64,000 bases of DNA from Octopus vulgaris (lineage: Eukaryota): contig OX597820.1 of assembly GCA_951406725.2 (NCBI GenBank), positions 23,622,001-23,686,000 of the forward strand, given 5' to 3'. The position numbers and the translations under genes were made by a program. Position 1 is the first letter of the stretch, and every line of letters begins with the position of its first letter. Below, piece after piece: positions 54,191 through 64,000 of the stretch. The notes under the pieces were generated by a model. It was not told the DNA's origin, searched no databases, and was given only the letters and a program-made list of their open reading frames with translations.

Positions 54191-55879
54191 GTTCTTAATT
54201 GCCAATTATGTCATGGTTAGCTACTTATGCTTAAATAATGACTTTTATCATTGCATGTTACAACAGAAACAAACCTGCACACATACAGTCTTCACTAAAT
54301 GTAATATTGTATCTGGCTAGATCCTCGTTAACTTGGGAAATGTATATAAAAAGCTCCTCCTACATAATAAGATTCTATAACTTTGGACTTTGATGGACCT
54401 AAACTGTCTTCTTATATTCAGTCCCCTACTTGTAACTATCAAAATCTCATTAACTGCCCATGCTTGTGGTCTGTAGAGCCACCTTCACACCATCTAATGG
54501 TATCAATACAGGCATAACAGGCAATGATTTCAAGAGAAGGTTTATGTAGCATATGCACTCCTTCAGGTGTAGGGACAAGGAAAACTTCACTGTTCTGTCC
54601 CACTTTATCTGAAGAGTCAGGATTAAGGAAATGACTTTCCCCACATCACATGGAATATCCTTGACAGAGTTCTTTCCTACTCACCTAGAATTCATATTTG
54701 CCTTTGTGAGAAACTACATATGGCCACAGCTCATTAGCTGAAACTGGAAAAATCAAAATCAAAAAAATTATACTACAACAGTCTGCAGTTATCAACAGGA
54801 AAACTGATCTCATTGATGTATTCTGATAACAGATGTATTCAGATAACTTAAAATGATTACCCTAGTTGTAATTGGCTCATGCACAATTCCAAATGTACAA
54901 TTTGTTTACTCACAACGGGGTTATTTCCCTTCTGTGTACTACTACCACACAGTTAAAATTACATCGTGAAGCTATGCTTGACATGCAAACTGACAGGTAG
55001 TCTAACCTTACCAAACTGGTCACTCTGCCATATGTATGTCGTTGAACACCTAAATCATAAAAACTAGTTGATACCAGCAGACTGTTTGCTCTGACTCTGT
55101 ACATCTGAGGATGTAGGCATGTATCTACACCCACAAAACTTCAAGTAAATAAGCAGCTGAGTTTAACTTGTTATGAAATACAACTCCAAATAAATGTGTT
55201 GGATGCAATTATATTTCATTTATTCAAATACTTGCATACATGTGAGTGTGTGTTACATTCTGAACATATTTTCTCAACTATTTATAAATACAATTAACTT
55301 TGTTTTAAACATACAACATTTATCTTATAAAATAATATTCAACATTATCATAATGTTCAGAATCTAGAATACAAAATACTGAATTCCTGGGTCAAAATTA
55401 CAAATTTCTCTTTCTTTATGTACATTCAACTCAGCTATTTCCTTAGTGATTTAGAGTTTGATCTTTTTTTGTTTTCCCCCATCATCTGTTTCTAATAAGG
55501 GTAGTCCATAACACAAGAGATGTACTCAACAGTAGCCAATCTACTTTCACCATTGGTCCTAGATCATAGATTTGGTAGAAAAAAAAACTGAAAAAGCCTA
55601 TGTGTATGTGTGTTAGTATCTCTTTGTCTTGACATAGCATGATAATAATAAACGAGTATCATTCTCACATAACTGATGTCATCCATTTCCAGTCTTCTGT
55701 AAAAGCATGTCCTACCATGTTGAAATATTACCTTGCTTGTAAGATGAAGGTTGGTGAAGGAGGGCATTTGACTGGAGGAAATCTACCTCAATAAATTTCA
55801 TCCAAAACCATTCAAACAAGGAAGAGTGGACATTAAAATCATGATGATGATGAATAATGTTGTATATGGACTTCTTTAA

Positions 55880-56090
55880 CCCTTTTGTTACCAACCCGGC
55901 TCTGACTTTGAAATACAAATGTTTTGTTTTCATAAGTTTTGCATTAAAATCTTCCACCAAACTTTAGTCACAATTTATGTTCCTAACACAAGCTTAATGA
56001 TAACTAAGTTATTTTACTAAATTCTTTGTTATATTTAAAATAATTGAAAGAAACACAGAGCATCTCAAAATAAATACAGTAATGAAAGGG
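55880..56090. mobile_element. piggyBac-like MITE (TTAA TSD)
   Basis: TTAA|ccctttt ... aaaggg|TTAA. Similar elements at 51804-52002, ~34704-34910, ~39654-40202 and ~5590-5802. Confidence 0.7.
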
Positions 56091-57863
56091 TTAAACACAT
56101 TCATGGACCTAAAGTGAAAAGAGAACCCAGAAATGTGATCTTATTAGAGAACTAATAATCCTCACATTAGTTTTTGTTATTTTTTGGCTTGTAAACTCTT
56201 CATCCATACTTCACTCAGCACTAACTATGCAAGCTAATGAAGTTTCTGAGTAGCTACTTGACTGTCTCAATATATCCACCAAATCTACCAACAAAGGAGT
56301 CTCTATGTAGTTTCTCAGCTTAAAAGTGGAATCTCCCACAATCTCTTAAAGATGGACACATTGCATCATGTAGTCCTAGATATACTACACTTAAAACAAA
56401 TAAAGATAAGATCACAAGTTTGCTTGGAAGTAATTGACTTGGAACTAAACAACAAAAATCTCAGCAAATTACTAAAGGAGTTTAAATGGCAGATTGCACA
56501 TTCAAAGTCCTAACTATCAGGATTGCAGTGCAAAGATGGAATGGCAAAAACAGAGAAGACATGATAACAGCTAGAACATAAACTTAATGTTTAAGACAAT
56601 GTGCTGGTGTATCTCAAGCACATTATGGTTATAGTATAGTATAGTAAGACAACATCCTCCTCCTTTATTTTCCTAATGTTTAAGATAAGCAAACTAATTT
56701 CAAAGATATTTCGTAGCTGCATCTTTGAACAGCCTAACTTGTGGGTCGAAGCCTATAGGGAATTGGTCTGCTGTTCAACACCTGAATTAGATTTATATGG
56801 CAACAGGTGTGGCTGTTTCATGGCAGTAAATTAGCTGAGTTGTTAAAGCACCAGACAAAATACATTGTGGCATTTATTCTAATACTTTGGATTCTGAGTT
56901 CATACCCTGCCAAGATCAACTTTTCCTTTCATCCTTCCAGGGTTGATGAATGAAATATCGGTCAAAGGATAGTAGTGCATTGGATGGGGTGCTTTGCAGT
57001 GTTTGTTCTGAGTTCAAGTCTCTCTGGACCCTATATAGGCAGAGCCACCTTAGCAGCATTATAGGCCCCTGGACAAGTCACTACACTGAACCCTATAGTA
57101 TTTATTTATTAACATCAAACCACATCATACGTATATTAGAACTGGGCCCATGCCTTAAGACGGTTCTATATGTAGGTGGTAGATTTAATCCATTGTCCAG
57201 TTTTTTTTTTTTGGGGGGGGGGGTGCCATTGGCTCACTCCAGTCTGTTACAAGCAGTCAGCCCTGGTTTCTGGCATAAAGATACTATTCTCTCTCCTTGC
57301 CACTAGTTTCAAAGGTTTTGTCTGATTGTTGTCCTACTTTTAAGTTATAGTGCACATTTGTGATTCCATAGTGGGGATTATCAGATCTGTCAGACAGATC
57401 GCTTTTCCCTCTTGACTAATGTAATAATAAAAAGTGAACGACTGATGAAAAAGTGTAGAGGAACATCATTTAGACACGTTGACTTGTCATACATATAGCT
57501 GGATGTTGGGTACTTTTAGCAGAGTTCACTGTTGTAAGCATTCAAATCAGATTCTTTGGTCCTCCTATCTGCCTGCGTTTATCATTCAGATGTTTAGGTT
57601 GAGTATCAACTGCATTAATCTCACTAGTATGGGAATTGAGGAAGGGACAGCAAATGTAATGTGCATTGATTATTGTATACAAAGAAAAAAAAAATGTGTC
57701 ATGTTACTAATCAATAAATTATATTTCTGAAGAGAGAGAGAGAGAGAGAGAGGGAGGGAGTATTTCTTTATTCACCATAAAGTTGAGAAAAAGAGGGGAC
57801 AATACGGGGACAGACAAAACAAACGTTGGGGTCAGGGTATCGAATGAGACGAAACGTATGAAT

Positions 57864-57898
<35 letters not shown>

Positions 57899-58839
57899 GG
57901 ATAGTGTTCGCGATAGAATAATGTTCGACTACTAAGTCATAAGTCAGTGATTACCATTGTCACGTACGCTACACTGATATAATGGTCCAAATAATTCTTA
58001 AATGGTGCCACAGGGCCGAGCAGCACAAAGTAGTCAGACGTCAGAGCATTATATTTGCCTAATTGTCGTTCTATTTCTAGGTTACAGTGCGCATTATCAG
58101 ATCTGCCAGACAGACTAACCTCAAAAATGCAACGCAAAGATAACGCTCTCAAGGATCCTTCAGCACAACAATGAGTTATAAGCTTCATATACATACACAC
58201 TTAAAATTCCAGAGCACTGTGGAGTGACTGACTATTCATCATAAACTTCCATGTGCCAAAAGCAGCTTATTAAATTAGCGGGTATGAAAATAAACCTATT
58301 GAATTACTGGGTTCTTGATAATATGTGTCATACAGACGGAAAGGATTTTTTTTTCGTCTCTCTGTAACTATGTCGTAAATGCTAGTTGTGAGTACGGGAG
58401 GTGAAGTGGAATTTCTCTACCTATTCTAACTACAAATTGTTGCATAGAGAGAGAGAGAAAGATGACTGATTGAGGACTTGTGTACATGTACTGCTGTACA
58501 TATACACGCACGTGTGTATGTACATACATACAAGATGAGACAAACAGTACCACGCGTAAATATATATATATAAATAAATACACGCGTGTATCAAAACGGC
58601 TGTACACATGGTAGCGGCGTGATAAAAGTGCAGAAAACGGTGACTTGTAAATTATGGTACTCTCTTAATGAATCGTCTGGGAACTTACGATACATTAAGC
58701 AATGTATAAGTTAATAATTTCATTATTATAATCTTTTTCAGAATTTTGTTCGGAGCTCATTTTATTTTAAAGTATTTTTTTATTAGTATGCATCTAGGTG
58801 TTTAAAATAATTACTTTCACCATTTCAGATAAATGAAAG

Positions 58840-59064
58840 AAAACACGCCCACCCTCTTTAAATCGCTTCTTCTTAGTCTGTTATCTCACAGAAAGGGCGG
58901 TTCTTCTCCCATGTTAGGAAGTGAAGCCGTATCTTGAAAGAATAAACAAAAAGAAAGAAAGAAATGAGAAGATGAGATAAGAGAAAAAAAAGTCCGGTTT
59001 ACAGCGTTACTGACCTTGACCGTTTGCGATTGGTGCCATCAGGACGTAGTTCTTTTGTAAAGCC
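58840..59064 (+). promoter_or_regulatory. GBE1 proximal promoter / 5' UTR
   Basis: Unique, CpG-richer sequence with GC boxes (cacgcccac ~58844, gggcgg ~58895), an ETS-like aggaagtg, TGACCTTGA at 59011-59019 and reverse CCAAT (gattgg ~59028). Confidence 0.6.
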
Positions 59065-59171
59065 ATGGCACGAGGACAGGGTGAACAGAGTACCAAAATT
59101 GATTTCAAATTTGAACGACTCTTTGAATGTGACTCTTACCTTAAGGGCTATCAAACTGAAATAAAAAGAAG
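59065..59171 (+). CDS. GBE1: First coding exon of 1,4-alpha-glucan (glycogen) branching enzyme
   Basis: Kozak gccATGG; MARGQGEQSTKIDFKFERLFECDSYLKGYQTEIKR(R) resembles the GBE1 N-terminus (human [21 protein letters not shown], recalled from memory). Phase-2 donor AG|GTGAGT falls at the same RR position. Exon 2 was not found in the window. Confidence 0.8.
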
Positions 59172-60404
59172 GTGAGTTATCTTGTGTTTTTTTCCTTTAG
59201 TAGATTCCGTTTTTTCTCTGTTTCTATGGCCGTTTTACTACGTATTTATTTTTAAAATAACAACAACAGAAAGCTATTGTGGAATTTAGTTTACAATTGA
59301 GACTTACATTTTTAATCTATAATCAAAAATAAATTGTCCAACGTAATTCTTTAGGGGTCTGTCTACAACTGCTATAAATGTTCAGGACGAAATAATAGAT
59401 ATGAACTGGTCTAAATTGGTGGATGGGTACAAGGGTATGTATCGTTTTTAGAAATGCCCTTCATCGGAGACTTTATTAATATTTTTCATTTCTGTTGTTT
59501 GCTTTTGGTTCACCGTATCGGTCATGTCTGGTGTCCAGTTGTAGCCAAAAAACCTTGTTTTGGTTTTTTTAAGGTCAAGGTTATGTACAGGGACACCAAC
59601 AGTATTCCGTCTTTACCAAATATTTTTGTTGGGGTAGGAAAAGCTTCCTTCAGATTTCGGGAAAATTGGCAACTGGTATGACCTTTAACTTAGTGAACTA
59701 GTATTCGTCTTGCACCATTTTATAGCATTTAATAATAACATTAAAATCAAAAGTCGTCCTTCGATGTTCTAGTTTCAGTTTTCAAATATCGATTTCTGAC
59801 ATTACTACAAAATCTCACGAAGAGGAAAAGAAATGAAAGTGTGATGGTGATCTTTAGGGCATTAGCGATGTAAATAAAGTGAAATAGTCACTGGTGGGAA
59901 TCGAAATCAGAGCATGGACTCTGTTCACTTGGAGTTTGCAGAAAATTGATCGTTCTTACGCAGTAATAGAAATGAGATTGTGCTATTTTTATACCTTTCT
60001 TAATAAGATTAGCTTACATGAATGAGATTAAATGGCTACAACCTTGAATCACACAAAACACCGTGAACTCTGCCGGTCGAATTTTTTAACATCTCGCTAT
60101 TATACATTTTTTACTTATCTCCTACCATTTTTGCTTTGTTATCGCAAGTTGTAATGTGATCAAATAGAATTTACAAAACTTTATGATCTCTCACGGACAT
60201 TCTGTAATAATTAGATGTTTACTCTGTATTATGATAAATGTCATAGTGACCTAACGTGGGTGGGTGTGGACGGAGACATGGCTGAAAGGTTAAGAAGTAT
60301 GCATTCGCAATAATGAGGTCCTGGGTTCTCTCTCACCGCCTGACATCTTCACTGATCGTCTATTTTTTTATATATTTATTTTCTCTCTCTCTCTTTCTCT
60401 CTCA

Positions 60405-60468
<64 letters not shown>

Positions 60469-60474
<6 letters not shown>

Positions 60475-60700
60475 AGTTTCGGTTAAGTAATGAGAGCGAA
60501 AGAGACTAAGAGGAAGCGATTTTACGACGAGAAGGTTTCACTTTGAAGTCGGCCTGTGTGTGTTTGATGGGGTGTGGGAGACAGACAGTATGTTGTGTAA
60601 GTGAAGTGCTTCTGTTAGTGTGTGTGAAGAGACAGACATACATATACACATACACCGAGTAAAAAATTACTATGAATCGGCCATACATACATACACACAC

Positions 60701-60763
<63 letters not shown>

Positions 60764-61276
60764 TAGATACATACACACACACACATACATACATACATAC
60801 ACACACACATACTTACACACACACACACACATAGATACATACACACACACACATACATGCAGACATACATATACACATACACCGAGTAAAAAATTACGAT
60901 GAATCGGCCATACATACATACATACACACACACATACTTACACACACACACATACATAGATACATACACACATACACACACATACATGCATACATACATA
61001 TACACATACACCGAGTAAAAAATCAGTTATCTCTCTCTTTCACACATTACTCTCTCTGTCTCTTCGCACACACTAACAGAAGCACTTCACTTACACAACA
61101 TACTGTCTGTCTCCCACACCCCATCAAACACACACAGGCCGATTTCAAAGTGAAACCTTCTCGTCGTAAAATCGCTTCCTCTTAGTCTCTTTCGCTCTCA
61201 TTACTTATGTAAAAAAAATAAAAGTTTTTTACGGAAATCGACGGAAATCTGATCTACGACATGCGAAACTTCGCCA
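60469..61276. mobile_element. Fold-back element in (TA)n within GBE1 intron 1
   Basis: Termini tggcatagtttcg/cgaaacttcgcca; 153-bp near-perfect inverted arms 60484-60636 and 61055-61207 around a (CA)/(CATA) core with three ccgagtaaaaaa units. Confidence 0.8.
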
Positions 61277-61686
61277 TATATATATATATATATATATATA
61301 TAAATCTTCGGTCTGATCATTGTAAGTGAAATAGTGTAGAAGTATGTCGCATAAATTGTACCGAATTCAAAGACTCAATTTTGTGAGATTGATTCTGTCT
61401 GAGGATTATGTTAAGGGTACTCGTGTCTTTTGAATACTCAACAACTAACATGTTAATTTAACGACTCGTCACATCAGTTGATTGAACAATTACTGAATGC
61501 TCATCGTCGAAATTGACGGAGAATCCTTCGCGGTTGTATGTTGGGTATATTCTCAACGTATCAAATCTCCGACTCGGGGTTCCGCTTCACAACTAGTAAC
61601 GCTCTATTTACGGTAAATTTTTACCAACTCGTCCCCATGCTTTTCACCAAACAATAGGCGCCCCTAAAACATTTTAGGGGTGAGCA

Positions 61687-61846
61687 TGGTACCGTCTCAA
61701 GGCATGGGCACACAGGGCAGTTGTCCAGGGCCTCGCGTGTCTAAGGGTCCGATTCTGATCTATTTATGCTTTGTTTACTCTCAATATATATTATAGGGCC
61801 TGTGTTGATTTGCCGAGGGGCCTGTAATGTTGTTAAGGCGGCGCTA
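61687..61846. mobile_element. hAT-like MITE with 8-bp TSD
   Basis: ggtgagca on both flanks; imperfect TIRs ccgtctcaa/ttaaggcgg. Related fragments near 2840, 9950 and 57060. Confidence 0.75.
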
Positions 61847-64000
61847 GGTGAGCATAAATATCACATTTCACTAGAAGCCCTTAAACATTTAAAGGAGTTA
61901 TCTTTATTGAAAAACAACCGCGTAAAATTGATTGTATTTTGTTCGTTCAACAACTGTTTGGTTTTATTAACTATTATTCTATTTTGACATTTGTCAAAAC
62001 TTTCAATGATTTAACATGCTTGATTGACTGTTTGTCAGAACACAGAGAGGACAAACAAGGACAGACAAACGGACTGTCGATTATATCGTCCTCAGTGCGT
62101 AACTGGTACTTATTTAATCGACCCCGAAAGGATGAAAGGCAAAGTTGACCTCGGCGGAATTTGAACTCAGAACGTAACGGCAAACGAAATACCGCTAAGC
62201 ACTTCGCCCGGCGTGCTGACGATTCTGCCAGCTCGCCGCCTTTTAACTACTTAAACAGAGTATATCAGTGATGTAATTTTCATGTGAACATCGAACGGGA
62301 GTCTGCACGTAGCTGCTTGTTCAATCAGAAATAGCAGCTAAATCATACTTTATCGTATTTAAAAAATTAAAAAAATACACTGTGAATGATATATTATATA
62401 CATTATGTCTGAATAAAAAAAGATCCAAAAAATTTCGAGTAATTTATATAGTCTCAAAACTTGTTTAGTGATGTTGCCAAATTTCCATTCCCAAATTAAC
62501 CAACATTTATAAAGTAGCGACATCATGTTTTGTCTTAATATCTGAGATGCATTAAGTCGGCGAACTGGCAGAAACGTTAGCACGCCGGGCGAAATGCGTA
62601 GCCGTATTTCGTCTGCCGCTACGTTCTGAGTTCAAATTCAGCCGAGGTCGACTTTGCCTTTCATCCCTTCGGGGGTCGATAAATTAAGTGCCAGTTACGC
62701 ACTGGGGTCGATATAATCGACTTAATCCGTTTGTCTGTCCTTGTTTGTCCTCTCTGTGTTTAGCCCCTTGTGGGTAGTAAAAAAATAGGTATTTCATCTG
62801 TCTTTATGTTCTGAGTTCAAATTCCGCCGAAGTCGACTTTGCCTTTCATCCTTTTGGAGTTGATAAATTAAGTACCAATTGTGTACTGAGGTCGATCTAA
62901 TCAGCTGGGCCCCATCCCCCAAAATTTCAGGCCTTGTACCTAGGGCAGAAAAGAATATCTGAGATGCATTGTTAACAAATTATACTTTCGTGATGATATT
63001 GTAGGCAAATATTTAAATCTACAATTACAAGATGTATGACCTAGTGGTTAAGATTCCAAACTAACGATCGTAGTAGAAGAAAGGAATTATCGAATGTAAA
63101 CAATGCGAGCAAAAGCAATCTGCTTTAATGCTTCAGTTTATGTAGGGGAAAAAATGAGTCACCTAAAGAATATATTCTTGAATAGCAAATAGCCAGACCA
63201 TCATATCTAGACCCATAGCCATTCTCAGGAAGTGAATAAATGTTAAACAAAACTCAAAGTCTCTACCTTACTGCAAAGGTCTGTCTAAGAAAATTTGGGG
63301 AATCTGGAAGTTCATTGTCATCATCATCTTTGTTTTCATGTTCACTTTTTCATGCTCACATGGGTCAGATGGAATTTGTTGGGACAAATTTTCTGTGGCC
63401 AGATACTGTTCCTGTCATCATTCCTAACCTGTTTCAAGTAAAGTAACATTTCCCCATGGCTGGATATATTTTCATGGAAGTTTGTAAATGAAAGACACCA
63501 CTTGTATGACTGACACTCATTTACAACAATCATGCATTATCAAAACAAGGAGACACCAACTCATGCACACAAATATCATCATCATCATCATTAACATTGA
63601 ATGTCTGTTTTCCATGCTGGCATAAGTTGGAAAGCTTGATAGGAACTGGCAAGGCCAGGGGCAACACCAAGTTCCATAGTCTGTTTTGACTTGGTTTTTA
63701 TGGCGGGATGCTCTTCCTGATGCCAACCACTTTACACAGTGTATTGGGTGCTTTTTACGTGGCACCAGCACCCACACTTATGTTTTTTACATGATACCTT
63801 GGCTTTAGGATCTCAGTTCTGTTGTGGTGGGTGGGTCTTCTTGAGTACAGCAATGTATCACACATCTTGGTCCTCTGGCATCTTCTTTGTAAGAGTCAGT
63901 GTTCTGAAATCGATTTTCAATACTTTATCCTATGCACTAGCATAGGGGGTGGGACGGTAGGGGCGGTCTGCTCCGGGCAGCACCTTTCGTTTTGTTGTAG

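Larger units (their letters stand above)
53165..54720 (+). mobile_element. Decayed Penelope-like retroelement (RT plus GIY-YIG endonuclease), interrupted by a SINE
   Basis: Broken frames read [33 protein letters not shown], VINW...FYPSI and FDV..GS.DG.....L.GLFIL, then CN......CP, TGITGNDFKRRF.*H.HSF and ITWNIL....Y......CLCEK. Many stops and frameshifts. Confidence 0.85.

Overview
AT-rich, repeat-dense metazoan DNA, probably octopus/coleoid cephalopod (inferred from the SINE/RTE families, (TA)n tracts and TTAGGG arrays). It contains one complete 7-exon + strand gene (29439-51096, 384 aa) encoding a DUF1057-like alpha/beta-hydrolase with degenerate catalytic motifs (GHGTG instead of GHSxG), the promoter and first coding exon of glycogen branching enzyme GBE1 (59065-59171), and a probable 5' end of a minus-strand gene near 7.1-8.8 kb. 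The rest is mostly mobile DNA: a young 5'-truncated RTE LINE with an intact RT ORF carrying a PHD-like finger and a 62-bp 3' tandem array, decayed Penelope, Helitron and Tc1 elements, several MITE and SINE families, and a truncated tRNA-Val. The most unusual hidden signal is a set of dispersed minimal hammerhead-ribozyme motifs. These include apparent U3-A8 and G3-U8 core variants and one in a tRNA-headed SINE sitting inside the Penelope element. Many fold-back palindromes are also present. All calls come from reading the sequence by eye; no database searches were run.
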